A stretch of 64,000 nucleotides of DNA from the IMG/VR virus record IMGVR_UViG_3300027631_002940; one strand, given 5' to 3'. A program made the position numbers and the translations under genes. Position 1 is the first letter of the stretch. The number at the start of each line of letters is the position of its first letter. The notes below the pieces were generated by a model. That model saw only the letters and a list, made by a program, of their open reading frames with translations, searched no databases and was not told the origin of the DNA. This document shows positions 40,101 through 50,038 of the stretch, in pieces. This DNA is from an uncultured virus (IMG/VR IMGVR_UViG_3300027631_002940). Its lineage: Duplodnaviria; Heunggongvirae; Uroviricota; Caudoviricetes.

Positions 40101-42617
40101 TCTTTTGAGTTTAATCGCATCTCTTAAACCTGGCTTATATCTATAAAAACAAAATTGTCCATAGCTATATTCCATGCCATAAAACATATCTTCTTCAGGT
40201 AAATATCTCTGATGTCTCAAACTCCACCATCCGCCACCTACTGTAAAGCCTCCATTACCGAATACACCTGAATATTCGTAAATTATCACATTATTGTTTG
40301 GTTCTAAAAGTGGTTTTGTTGGAAATCTAAAATTTCTTCCATAGATAGCTAAATATAAACATTCTGTATCTTTACCAGCACCAGAAATAGTTGTTGCTAA
40401 AATTAATTTACCCGTATTTGCTGGAGGCGCATTTATAGTAGCAAATGTATTACTTCTAGCAATGAAAGCTGATGTTGTTGTTCCACTGCTTAATGATGTC
40501 AAATCAGCTCTTAAATTAAATACTAATAAATGATTACCTGTGGATATATTATTCTGCAAACTTACTACATAGACATATTGAGTATTGTTATCTATCCTCG
40601 GTCCACATACAAAATTAGGATAATAATAAGATTGATTAACACTATCATCTAAATAATATGAAGCTTTTATTCTGTCAACCGTGGTAGCAGCTGGAATAAA
40701 TGCTATTTTTTCATTAGCAAAATCAAAATAACTTAGGCCTTTTACGACAAATAATCCTCCTTTTGTTAAGTCAGAACCATTAAATCTAGCTGTAACTATC
40801 ATCAATTCTTCGATTACGTAAGGAGTGTTTGCTGGATAAGAGTTTGCAGTATTTGTTAGAGTAATTGAAGTATTAGAATTGATTGCTCCAATTTCATACC
40901 AATCTGTGACAAATTGAGGAGTATCTGAACCAAATCCAATTCTGTATCCAACACATAATTTTTGATCATTCCATGTAGTAGATGATCCAGTAACGGTTGT
41001 TCCTGAAACAGTTACAGTCCCATTATTTATAACATTATAACTAGCATAAGGCTTGTCGTATGGTTGTAAATTTTGATTATTAGGAAAATTAACATATGCA
41101 TTTCCAGCATAGTCTATAGTATTTGTTCTTTTGTCGTAAATGTGTAAGTGAAACCTAGCAATAGTCCAGTTTCGCCATTCATCTGTAATAATCCATGTTA
41201 TATCATCAGACCAAGCAAAAGCTTCTCCTAAACCAGGATACAACTGAAGTACACCATGGTTATAATCATATCTATGTTTGATAGATATGTAATTATCTAG
41301 GTATTTAGGGCCTGAGAATAAAAAATGTTCTTCTGAAACATTTAATTTTTTATGATCATATCCCGATGTATTTCTCGTTACAGGAATTATATTTTGTAAA
41401 GTGATGCCAATATCATCATAATAATTATTGTATATATCAGTAATTAATTTGATATTATTTCCTGTCCGACCATATAATCTATAACCTGTTGCTTTTGGTA
41501 CTTTAGTCCATTTTACTCTATTATAATTTGTTGTATCTAAAGTGCTATTGCCATTTGATATTTTAACAACAGATGATGGTAATGTTTCTCCATATTTGTT
41601 ATATGCGCTTATTTGGTATGCATATTCAGTGGATCCTGTTGTTCCAAATGGTGTAACAGAAGATATTGAGGGAGATAATATAGGATTTAAATCTGTTACA
41701 GGTAAATTGCTATCAAATCTAATACTCTCTGCTAATAAACCACTCTCTGGTGTATCTAAAGAATTATAGGGTTTACCAAAAGACTCTGTTGATAAAATAG
41801 AATTTACACCTAATGTTACAGGTCCAGGCATAATAGCAGATCCCATAGATTCCGCTGATGTAATAGAAGGAGCGTATAAAATCCCTTGTTGTCTATATGA
41901 ATAATATTTTAAGGATGCTGGTGGATTGATAAATGCAAATGGATTCTCGTCTAAAAGTCTAATTTCTTCATCTGACAAAGCTCTGTTATATATATAAATT
42001 TGATATATATGACCTGAAAAGTTGTCAATACCTCCGCCTCTTCTGCCAATTCTTAGGTTATGTGCTGGAGAATTGATAACAGAAGGCACGGATGCTGTAA
42101 CTTCCATAGCTAAATTTGCATTTACATATGTCCTTACAAAATTACTAGGACTCCAAGTACCACATGCAAAATTTAAATTGCCATCACAAACATTTTGAGC
42201 AGAATAGGATTGGGCAGAGTTAACAGTAAAACCGACCCCACCAACACTACCACAAGATAGATTATATCCATAAGAATATGTTCCACTTGATTTATCTATT
42301 ATCCATTTGTCAGCAACAGTAGTTTTAAACCAAGCTAATACCGATAATCCAGTAGTTGGTAAAGTATAATTATCATTGGTAAGTTCAATATAATCATTAG
42401 ATCCATCAAAAAATATCGACCCATAATCTTTTGGAAAAAATGCCGGTCCATTAATTAAAGTTCCAAAAGTCGGCCTATCACAAAGGTCATATACTCTTAA
42501 CCCAGATCGTTCATTAAATAAAAAACAATGCACTAAGCCTTCACTTAATGGATGATTCCAATTAATTGAAGACCCATGTGCTGGTTTGTAATTATATTCT
42601 GAACTTCCTGGGAACAT
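37194..42617 (-). CDS. Fibre/receptor-binding-like paralogue 2 (LamG + core + LamG + PA14 + LamG, 1807 aa)
   Basis: Core blocks plus a C-terminal extension with FYGKFYAPTTGSYTF (PA14-like) and VVLYLDAS..KSYPESGNIWYDLSG (LamG). Confidence 0.75.
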   Translation of the reverse strand: MFPGSSEYNYKPAHGSSINWNHPLSEGLVHCFLFNERSGLRVYDLCDRPTFGTLINGPAFFPKDYGSIFFDGSNDYIELTNDNYTLPTTGLSVLAWFKTTVADKWIIDKSSGTYSYGYNLSCGSVGGVGFTVNSAQSYSAQNVCDGNLNFACGTWSPSNFVRTYVNANLAMEVTASVPSVINSPAHNLRIGRRGGGIDNFSGHIYQIYIYNRALSDEEIRLLDENPFAFINPPASLKYYSYRQQGILYAPSITSAESMGSAIMPGPVTLGVNSILSTESFGKPYNSLDTPESGLLAESIRFDSNLPVTDLNPILSPSISSVTPFGTTGSTEYAYQISAYNKYGETLPSSVVKISNGNSTLDTTNYNRVKWTKVPKATGYRLYGRTGNNIKLITDIYNNYYDDIGITLQNIIPVTRNTSGYDHKKLNVSEEHFLFSGPKYLDNYISIKHRYDYNHGVLQLYPGLGEAFAWSDDITWIITDEWRNWTIARFHLHIYDKRTNTIDYAGNAYVNFPNNQNLQPYDKPYASYNVINNGTVTVSGTTVTGSSTTWNDQKLCVGYRIGFGSDTPQFVTDWYEIGAINSNTSITLTNTANSYPANTPYVIEELMIVTARFNGSDLTKGGLFVVKGLSYFDFANEKIAFIPAATTVDRIKASYYLDDSVNQSYYYPNFVCGPRIDNNTQYVYVVSLQNNISTGNHLLVFNLRADLTSLSSGTTTSAFIARSNTFATINAPPANTGKLILATTISGAGKDTECLYLAIYGRNFRFPTKPLLEPNNNVIIYEYSGVFGNGGFTVGGGWWSLRHQRYLPEEDMFYGMEYSYGQFCFYRYKPGLRDAIKLKRRYLSAHYSYPQNKLVYDVAYDYNWSLAPLTHIANGLIFITRESTDQFNPLQVISYKADELFAKKYNAFVITPVISTYNARKLSKIMLSDNFCEGDDRFTKLPAEYNLYIRTEGIEDNTGIWIPLNRMHDLSDIKATDKCQFRFEFVMMAHSAIPRKIYNLDLFYETKNIISPEFKWNLSDSNTLYNVVGFKQKELYKKNYVLYESEPLVVIEAKDAISGNTIYTQRSDDNTYGQFQYYNNAWVNGLGSQAIEKRMRYVNTYSFNSTAKIIYNIYTAKWDLLRLDRFNDNDLSDYNNTLILDNVTRSTGIDRPWVLSGNSSITATSTLFNKLYSNGLCMSITFMVDENISFSNMSLLSRNNGSTGNNFYHLYISSDYKVNFWIGNSSVIISDGNIKPGYIYNIIINFTGTNYSLYINGKLNKTQNISPTLSLASSSFKIGNSGYSNYGFYGKIYEVRIIGKSVTNNEISRIYSDVNLKLDNEITGLVRKTLPSSIYYSEGTISIDPGTSNINVPGLRERFYRFYDQNRDFDHNNGELMKDYEHVTNFDIPYHASINGYTIDFYGKFYAPTTGSYTFTYQAWTTGYMWIGNTADSGFTKINRNIYTNTGIVSYSVNLNGGEYHSIRIMNSCAGDRRTLFTVSGPGITSTSNLYGYVYTPYTNRKTLTGTSTNFINNVPFSRNTLFLGSKSIYDDVEVVEVTKALSDTKLAFNTLPNRIYSSNIDYAILKNVVLYLDASEKKSYPESGNIWYDLSGYGNHFQSQGHVEWNKAGYFTTFSVNDFFTPVAANTLAKSYPFYNQDFTIFFVIRNQTVPNQYGVSDNCMLLYHGSATPVYGYYGRGTELTYNCNSRYYYTSDNWQSTYSAPRFYVENYDENTVMTFSYSNTSNSSTIYGYERFRMYKDGQKFFITNRVNATLETLFGFFSIGNSSNYPLYPFSDGRIYAMMVVNRTMSDAEVLEMSNYFRDKFNF

Positions 42618-43037
42618 TTATAGATGTACGATTCTTCTTTTAAGTCCAGAAGTTGTGAAGTTTAATATAGCAATAACTTGACCTAATCCATTATCAGGAA
42701 AAGTTGTACCGTCATCTAGAGATCTTTCAATATAAAGAATTACATCACCATTTGCAGATGCGGGAGCAGATACAGTAAATTCAATAGTAGCACCAATTAA
42801 TTTAGCAGTACTATTATCAATTGCAGCTGAGTTAAGATAAGCTGTATTAATTAAAGTAGTAGGAGAAGCTGGAGTTGTACCAAGGTTTAAAGGTACTGTG
42901 GCACTTCCATCAAATGTGACAGAAGCATCATTAGCATATTTCCATCCTCTATATTTGACAACAATACCACCAGAAGCAATTGTTTGTCCAGTTCCATTAT
43001 AAACAGAAAATCTAAAATCGGGTCCTAAAGCACTCAT
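42618..43037 (-). CDS. Small fibre-associated protein, paralogue of 33086-33511
   Basis: End-to-end similarity to 33086-33511; sits directly upstream of a LamG-core gene. Confidence 0.75.
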   Translation of the reverse strand: MSALGPDFRFSVYNGTGQTIASGGIVVKYRGWKYANDASVTFDGSATVPLNLGTTPASPTTLINTAYLNSAAIDNSTAKLIGATIEFTVSAPASANGDVILYIERSLDDGTTFPDNGLGQVIAILNFTTSGLKRRIVHL

Positions 43038-43039
43038 AT

Positions 43040-43504
43040 TTATCTCCTAAAAGCATTACCAATATCAATATGTGTAATGCTGGTATTTTTTCCAAATAAA
43101 ATTTCAGCTCTTGATAACATTTCTTTCGGGGCTAAATTTGAAATATCAATTTTATCCTGTTCAGAAATTACTTCGTTTTCTATGAGCGTATCTAAAACAT
43201 TTTGTACAGCTGGTTCTTCATATTTAAATGTTTGCAATCTAGATGACAATAATCTAAGTATTAAAAGAGCTGCATTCTGAGCTGGATTATCTGTTTTAGA
43301 AACAGATTCAATTAATAATATTTTTCCAGTAGTTAACATATAATCTTCTAATTTATCAATGCTAATTACTGTTTCTCCATCAATATACTTGTTATTTAAT
43401 AAATCAGCTATTCCTACATGATTACCCATTTCAAGTAATATAGAATATCCTAAATTTTCAGGATCTAAATTAATTTCATTACTGAGCTCACCATAACTTA
43501 TCAT
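43040..43504 (-). CDS. Hypothetical helical protein in the fibre cluster
   Basis: EI..DP..LGY...IADLLN ... SRAEILFG; operon-packed with SD-like AAGGTG. Confidence 0.7.
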   Translation of the reverse strand: MISYGELSNEINLDPENLGYSILLEMGNHVGIADLLNNKYIDGETVISIDKLEDYMLTTGKILLIESVSKTDNPAQNAALLILRLLSSRLQTFKYEEPAVQNVLDTLIENEVISEQDKIDISNLAPKEMLSRAEILFGKNTSITHIDIGNAFRR

Positions 43505-43513
43505 TATTTCACC

Positions 43514-46009
43514 TTACACTATTTCTATTTTTAATTTAACTTCTTCAGACATTAATATATTTGCGGTTAATACAAATCTTCTTAATGTTCCTACTGTATT
43601 TGTACCAATACCATTTGTCCAAATATTACCTTGAGCTAAATATTGGAAATTACCAAAAGTAGTTTCTGAAGAAGTTTGACTAAATACCAATTTATTATCT
43701 TTTTTTCTAATGTATGATATTTTTAAAGTAAGATTATTCGAATATACTTTACTTTGCTCAAAACCATATATATTTTGTGAAAGATCAGTTATATTACTAT
43801 TAAATTTAAAATATTTAGGAAGCAATTCTTCTTTTTCTGCCAATAACGTATATGAATGAATTCTAGCTGGACACATTGTTAATCCAAATATTTTAAAATT
43901 AAACATGAACTGTATAGAATCTTGTGCTCTAACAGTAGATAAATCATATGGGAAATTCAATCTTGTCCATACACCCGAATTATCTTTTATTCCTGTAGTT
44001 CTGTAAAATACTCTAAATGGATCAGGCTGTACTGGGAAATCTTCAGACGCTACTTCTTCAGCATAGTTAACTAATAACTTATTAAATTTACTAACTGAAT
44101 ATGTGTCTATTTCAGGACAAATTACTCTGTTTTCATATTCCATAGGTGAATCATTTTCTCCACCCACAGGCATTGCAAAAATATTATTGTGTATTGCATC
44201 TTGAATATTTGTAACTGTATTAAAAGTATATATTATTCCATTTTTGACTGTGTATGTTTTATTATAGCCATTGTAAGGATGGTTGAATGTATTCTTGGGA
44301 TTCCATTTTCCTGGAGTATATAAAAATTGTCCACCTATTGCATAAACTCCTTGCAACTCATTTCCGAATTGAAATTTAAAAGCTGTAAATCCATACCCGC
44401 TGCTTGCCGTGTAAAAAAAATCACTATAATCATCATAAACAATTTCAAATGAATTTCTTATATCATATATTCTATGGCCAAAATTAATAATTGGGAAAAA
44501 AAATGTTTCACCAGGCAAATTCAATGCGTTTTTAACAATATAACTTTCTTCTGTTCTGATAAAAAAGTCCACGCCTCTATAAATGAATGAAGTTTTATTT
44601 GCATATGGTCCAGATTTCATTACGACAGGAAACAATCCTCCATATCCATTACCCCATGAATTTACTAATAATTGACCAGTAGTAAAATCATAGCAACTAT
44701 AGTCTGTACCAGCATCTAATAATAAATCTTTACGAATGTTATATCTTAATATTCTTGTTCTATTATTTACATTACTATTATCAACCTGTTTGACATATAA
44801 ATATTGTGTATTATTATCTTTTTGAGGAGTCACACACATGCCAAAGTAAGTATTTGTTGATGTAGGTACAAAAGATTCTTTAATATTGTAAGTGGCTTTT
44901 TGCCCATCTGTTCTATTAGCAAAAGGAATTGTAACAGAACCATTTATCTTAAAATCATCAATATTAAGCCCTTTGACAATATTGATACCATATTGTGCTA
45001 CAGGTAAAATTATCAATCTGATTTCTTCAATTATATAAGGAACATTAGTTTGATTAGCAGACGGTAACCTATCAATTGTAATACTTGAATTACTATTAAT
45101 TCTATTTACATAATACCAGGTAGTAATTTTTTCAGGATCTGTAGACCCAAAACCAATTCTAGCTCCAACAGAAATTTTCTTATCAAAAAAAGTAGTATTT
45201 ATTCCTGTAACTTCAGCAGTAGATGTTGATAGATTGACTAATCCATCTGTTGTTTTATCCATAGATGCGATAAGGTCATAATCATAAGCAGATTGCCCAA
45301 TAGGAGTGAATGTAATATTGATAAAACCTTTGTGCGTAAATGTCCAAGTAAATCTATCAAAAATTACTAAGTGATATTTTCTTATCTGGCTTCCGCTCAT
45401 TTCATTTCTTTGAAATATTAGTAAATCATATCTTTCTGTGTAACTAATAACATCATTGGCGTAATACGTATAAAGAGCTGGCGGTGAAGTTGAATTATAA
45501 ATAACTCTGAATTCATCAAATATATGAAACATCTCATGAGGTTGATTTGAAATATAATTGTTTTCAGGGGTTGTGTTACTTGTGAATAATTTCTGGAATC
45601 TACCTATATTTAATTTACTAGGGTCATATCCAGTAGTGTCTTTTACAGGTAAAGATCCACTAGGTGAAACAGTACCGATATCATCATAATAATTGTTGTT
45701 TACAGTAGCTATAAGTTGCTCTGAATTAACAGTTCTTCCATACACTTTATAACTTGTAGCATAACTACTTGATGTCCAGGATATTCTGATGAAATTATTA
45801 CTACTTAGCGTTGCATTTCCAGTTATTACTACAGGATCGCTAGCTAATGTCTCACCAAATTCACTAACAGCACTTACTCTATAGGAATAAATAGTAGACC
45901 CTGAAGCTCCAAAAGCCTGTAATGAAATTACAGGCTTCGGAACGGAATTTAGTTGTGTTATTGTGCAGCTTGAATCAAAGTTATATTCAAACGCTTGTGT
46001 TGTTGCCAT
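43514..46009 (-). CDS. Fibre/receptor-binding-like paralogue 1 (core module only, 831 aa)
   Basis: FGASGSTIYSYRVSA..FGETL, GARIGFGSTDP..ITTWY, PDPFRVFYRTTGIKDNSGVW, GTLRRFV. Confidence 0.75.
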   Translation of the reverse strand: MATTQAFEYNFDSSCTITQLNSVPKPVISLQAFGASGSTIYSYRVSAVSEFGETLASDPVVITGNATLSSNNFIRISWTSSSYATSYKVYGRTVNSEQLIATVNNNYYDDIGTVSPSGSLPVKDTTGYDPSKLNIGRFQKLFTSNTTPENNYISNQPHEMFHIFDEFRVIYNSTSPPALYTYYANDVISYTERYDLLIFQRNEMSGSQIRKYHLVIFDRFTWTFTHKGFINITFTPIGQSAYDYDLIASMDKTTDGLVNLSTSTAEVTGINTTFFDKKISVGARIGFGSTDPEKITTWYYVNRINSNSSITIDRLPSANQTNVPYIIEEIRLIILPVAQYGINIVKGLNIDDFKINGSVTIPFANRTDGQKATYNIKESFVPTSTNTYFGMCVTPQKDNNTQYLYVKQVDNSNVNNRTRILRYNIRKDLLLDAGTDYSCYDFTTGQLLVNSWGNGYGGLFPVVMKSGPYANKTSFIYRGVDFFIRTEESYIVKNALNLPGETFFFPIINFGHRIYDIRNSFEIVYDDYSDFFYTASSGYGFTAFKFQFGNELQGVYAIGGQFLYTPGKWNPKNTFNHPYNGYNKTYTVKNGIIYTFNTVTNIQDAIHNNIFAMPVGGENDSPMEYENRVICPEIDTYSVSKFNKLLVNYAEEVASEDFPVQPDPFRVFYRTTGIKDNSGVWTRLNFPYDLSTVRAQDSIQFMFNFKIFGLTMCPARIHSYTLLAEKEELLPKYFKFNSNITDLSQNIYGFEQSKVYSNNLTLKISYIRKKDNKLVFSQTSSETTFGNFQYLAQGNIWTNGIGTNTVGTLRRFVLTANILMSEEVKLKIEIV

Positions 46010-46223
46010 CCATCTCTTCCAGTGTACGATTTCCAGTAGCTACAAAAAATGCAGGAAAAGCAGCTATAGGAAATTGAGTAGCGTCTCTCTTTAGATATAC
46101 TTCTACCATATCTAAGGCTTTATAATCTCCAGTATATTTCACACAATATTCAGTTTGTGTTAATACTGGTGTGTCAGCCTCAAGATGGTAAATCACATCT
46201 TCAGGTTTTACATCTTCATTCAT
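45987..46223 (-). CDS. Small hypothetical protein
   Basis: ATGA overlap with the gyrA stop, SD GAGG, overlaps the next gene by 23 nt. Confidence 0.65.
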   Translation of the reverse strand: MNEDVKPEDVIYHLEADTPVLTQTEYCVKYTGDYKALDMVEVYLKRDATQFPIAAFPAFFVATGNRTLEEMDGNNTSV

Positions 46224-49200
46224 ACATTTACCTCTATATTTTCTTCATTATCAGAGTTAAAATCCTCTGTCTTATCTACTTTTATAACAGATTGAACAGC
46301 ATCTCCATCATTAACTGTGATGACCTTTACTCCCATACCTGCTCTTCCTTTAAGTCTAAGGTCAGATACACGAGTTCTTTGTACTAATCCCTTGGTAGTG
46401 AGAACAAGAATTTCATCATCTTCGGTTACAGATACAGCACAGACAATATTTCCATTTCTAGTTGTAATACTATCAATGGTCTTAATACCCTTTACTGCTC
46501 TACCACCGGACGATCTATAAAGGCTAGCATCTGTTCTTTTACCATATCCCATAGAAGTGATAATTAATACAGAAGGATCAGCATCTTTGTCAAATGTAAT
46601 CATCGAAGCAATTGAATCTCTATCTCTAAGAATCATAGCCTTGACACCTTGAGAATTCTTTCCTACTGCACGAACTAAATCTTCTGAATATCTTACAGCC
46701 ATACCGTTAGTAGTGATTAGCATTACATCTTCAGTACCAGAAGTAGTTGATACAAATTTCAGCTCATCGCCTTCATTTATAATAATTGCTTTAGTACCCT
46801 TTTTACGAAGATTGATATTATATTCTCTAATCTCACTTCTCTTAATCAAACCATTCTTAGTGATCATAATAAAATAACCATCTACGTCTAATGATTTGAT
46901 ATTTAAAGTACAGGCAATTTCATCCCCTTGAGGCAATTCCAAAAGATTGTTAAGATGAATACCCTTTGATGTACGAGAACCTACTGGAATTTCATAGCCC
47001 TTCTTTTTGTATAGATTGCCACACTTTGAGAAGAACAAGAAATAATCATGTGTAGAACCATAGAAGATATCAGAAGCTTCATCTTCTTCACGACCCTTAA
47101 CACCAATTACTCCCTTACCACCACGATTTTGTGCTTTAAAAGTACCTGAAGGAACTCTCTTTACATATCCATCTTTACTTAGGGATACAACAATTTGCTC
47201 TTCTCGAATCATATCTTCTGTTGACATAGAAACTGCTGACTCGACAATTTCACATCGTCTATCGTCACCAATTTTCTCAGCTAGCTCTAATTGCTCACGG
47301 GAAACTAGATTAGACAGTTTACGATCAGATCCGAGAATATCAACAAGCCATTCATTTCTCTTTGTAAGCTTGTCAAATTCATCTTTCATACCAGCGGTAT
47401 CAAGCTTTGTAAGATTACCCAATGTAATTCTAAGAACAGCATCAGATTGCTCTAAAGAGGTTACAAATCCTTGCGTGATGAGTTCTTGCTGTGCCACATT
47501 CCTATCATCAGCTTCACGTATGAGCTTGATAACCGAATCAATTTTAGCGGTAATGCCAATGAGACCATCAAGGATATGGATTCTTCTATTGTTTTTATCA
47601 AGTTCTGCATTGAATTTTCTTGTTAATACTTCTTTACGATGAATTACAAATGTATCAACTAGCTTGAGCATTGGTACATTTTCAACAACTTTTTTACCAT
47701 CTAAAAGTACTGTTGAATTAATTGAAAAATTAGTTCTCAAGCATGTATGTTTTAGAATTAGATTCAAAATAAGATTAGAATTGGTTGTTTTATGAATCCA
47801 TACTCTAATGTCCATACCTCTCTTATTAGTAAGGTTCTTTAGATTTGTAATACCATCTAACTTCTTAGATTCTACAAGCTCTTTAATTTCTCTACAAAAA
47901 CCTTCAGCAGAGCCACCATAAGGAAGAGCTGTTACTTTGATATAATGTTGGCCATTTTTCTCTTGTTCCATAGAATAATAGCCTTCAATTTGAACAGAAC
48001 CACGTCCAGTTGTAAAGTAATTCTTGACACCTTCATTACCAAGAATCTTACACTTTAGCGGAAAGTCTGGTCCTGGCATAATTTCCATCATTTCAGCGAG
48101 AGAAATATTAGGATTTTTAATATATGCTGCAATCAGATTAGCAGTTTCACGAAGATTATGCGGAGCCATACTAGTAGCCCAACCAACAGCAATACCAGAA
48201 CATCCATTCACAATAAGATTAGGTAGTAAAGAAGGAAGAACTGTAGGCTCCATCATCTCATCGTTATAGTTAGAAATATAATCTACAACTTGATTTGATA
48301 GTTCTGAAACCATCTGATCACCAAATACAGAAAATTTAGATTCCGTGTTATGGTTCACAATTCCATTTGCTACAAAAGAGTGACAATCAGAATCTACTTT
48401 AACTGAATATACATTTTGAATTCCAGCGTCTTCGATTTTGACAACCTTTTGATAGAAATAATTATCATTATCAAGCTCTTCCACAACCTTAAATAATTCT
48501 TCTGAAAGATTTTGCTTAAGTTGAGGAACACTCTGCTTGAAATTATTATATCTATCAAAGTTATTGCTAACAACCCATCTATTTCTAGTATTATCTCTCA
48601 AATAATTAGATACATGAGGAATATAATCTCCATGAACAGCTGAATTGTTCTTTTCACTTAGACTATCAATAATAATATTTAAAAGAGATTGCTTTCTTGC
48701 AGATACAAAATTAATCTCACTTCGGAAATTATTAATGTCATTCTTTCCAGTAATGAGAACCTTGTAAATATCTTTTGATTCAGAATAAGATAGTTTTGTG
48801 GTGATTCCAAATCCTAAAAGAACAACCTGAAGTTGATTACAAAGAATCTTACTTTTTGTATTATAAGAGACTACATTGGTATTGATTTCTGCACTGCCAT
48901 CTCCCTCATACAAAGCAGACAGGAATGAAGATACTACACTTTTCGGAGATTGAAGGATAACCCATGGAATAGACTTATCCTTAGATTTAATACCTAGATC
49001 AAAACCCAATTTAGAGAACATTTCGCATATCTTGGCGTTGTGCATTTCAATTGTTACATAAGGATTTTTAGACCAACCAACAGGCTCACGCTCAAATTTG
49101 TGATATGCATCTTGTCCAAAAGTATTATCTAATGCAAAAGTAAATGCGTCAAGAAGATCACCATGAAGATTTGCAAAACCAAATCTCTTAGAATCAATCC

Positions 49201-50038
49201 ATCCCTCAGATACGATACTTCCCATGATTGTAGCGATATTTTCATCAATCACATCAGGAACATTTACAATCTTATTATTAGGTCCAAACTCTGGCTTATA
49301 AGGCGTTAGATCAAAATACTCTGTTGGATAAATACTCTTACGTGAAAGAACAATATAATCATTTTCCTTAATTTCACTTAGCAATTTCCAATCATAGCCA
49401 ACTTTACCATTCTCGTAATTATATGTAAGAACGGGGTGGTTATGAGTACCAGTAACTGAAAAATTATCAGTAGTTGTGATTTTAATAGTAGGGTGAGGAC
49501 CACAATCAAACCACTTAGAAGATTTGTTAAGTTTATTACCAGCAGAAAGAACAGTGATATCAATATCTTCTTGCGATGAAATTTTATCAATTCTGACAAG
49601 ACCTTTATTGGTATAAACAAGAGCATCTGCAGTAAGACAATATCTCATGGCCGCCGGTTTGTCTTCTGGTGCGGGAGATCCGAAGTTTCCTTGGGGTGAA
49701 ATTAATGGATATCTTAGAGACCAATCTTGTGCCATACGAACAAGTGTAGGATAAACAACAGCTTCTCCGTGTGGGTGATAATTACCAGAAACATCACCAC
49801 AAATCTTTGCGCACTTTTTTGTCTTACCTGTAGAACGAAGATTAAGATCATCCATAGCTACAAGAGTACGGCGTTGAGATGGCTTTAGGCCATCTCTAGC
49901 ATCAGGAAGAGCACGATCTTCCATGACAGCAAAAGCATAATTTGTAAATCTTTCATCAAGAAGATCTGTGAATTCTTTATCTATAACATGATCAGTAAGA
50001 GTGCTGGCCTCTACTTCTACGGTTTTATTTTTTCTCAT
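46220..50038 (-). CDS. gyrA: DNA gyrase subunit A containing an intein
   Basis: RALPDARDGLKP.QRR, YHPHGE, catalytic AAMRY, GPDFP, GyrA-box QNRGGKG and beta-pinwheel CTD; about 841 aa after splicing. Confidence 0.96.
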   Translation of the reverse strand: MRKNKTVEVEASTLTDHVIDKEFTDLLDERFTNYAFAVMEDRALPDARDGLKPSQRRTLVAMDDLNLRSTGKTKKCAKICGDVSGNYHPHGEAVVYPTLVRMAQDWSLRYPLISPQGNFGSPAPEDKPAAMRYCLTADALVYTNKGLVRIDKISSQEDIDITVLSAGNKLNKSSKWFDCGPHPTIKITTTDNFSVTGTHNHPVLTYNYENGKVGYDWKLLSEIKENDYIVLSRKSIYPTEYFDLTPYKPEFGPNNKIVNVPDVIDENIATIMGSIVSEGWIDSKRFGFANLHGDLLDAFTFALDNTFGQDAYHKFEREPVGWSKNPYVTIEMHNAKICEMFSKLGFDLGIKSKDKSIPWVILQSPKSVVSSFLSALYEGDGSAEINTNVVSYNTKSKILCNQLQVVLLGFGITTKLSYSESKDIYKVLITGKNDINNFRSEINFVSARKQSLLNIIIDSLSEKNNSAVHGDYIPHVSNYLRDNTRNRWVVSNNFDRYNNFKQSVPQLKQNLSEELFKVVEELDNDNYFYQKVVKIEDAGIQNVYSVKVDSDCHSFVANGIVNHNTESKFSVFGDQMVSELSNQVVDYISNYNDEMMEPTVLPSLLPNLIVNGCSGIAVGWATSMAPHNLRETANLIAAYIKNPNISLAEMMEIMPGPDFPLKCKILGNEGVKNYFTTGRGSVQIEGYYSMEQEKNGQHYIKVTALPYGGSAEGFCREIKELVESKKLDGITNLKNLTNKRGMDIRVWIHKTTNSNLILNLILKHTCLRTNFSINSTVLLDGKKVVENVPMLKLVDTFVIHRKEVLTRKFNAELDKNNRRIHILDGLIGITAKIDSVIKLIREADDRNVAQQELITQGFVTSLEQSDAVLRITLGNLTKLDTAGMKDEFDKLTKRNEWLVDILGSDRKLSNLVSREQLELAEKIGDDRRCEIVESAVSMSTEDMIREEQIVVSLSKDGYVKRVPSGTFKAQNRGGKGVIGVKGREEDEASDIFYGSTHDYFLFFSKCGNLYKKKGYEIPVGSRTSKGIHLNNLLELPQGDEIACTLNIKSLDVDGYFIMITKNGLIKRSEIREYNINLRKKGTKAIIINEGDELKFVSTTSGTEDVMLITTNGMAVRYSEDLVRAVGKNSQGVKAMILRDRDSIASMITFDKDADPSVLIITSMGYGKRTDASLYRSSGGRAVKGIKTIDSITTRNGNIVCAVSVTEDDEILVLTTKGLVQRTRVSDLRLKGRAGMGVKVITVNDGDAVQSVIKVDKTEDFNSDNEENIEVNV
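48347..49639 (-). mobile_element. GyrA intein (431 aa) with LAGLIDADG homing endonuclease
   Basis: RY/CLTADALV ... VYSVKVDSDCHSFVANGIVNHN/TES; LAGLIDADG-like IMGSIVSEG and FLSALYEGDG. Confidence 0.93.

Noticed and set aside
15022..46009. Diversity-generating retroelement or invertase shufflon acting on the fibre array
   Set aside because: No reverse transcriptase, recombinase, template/variable repeat pair with adenine-specific mismatches, or inverted cassettes were seen; all paralogues are full-length and co-oriented. Such elements elsewhere in the genome cannot be excluded.
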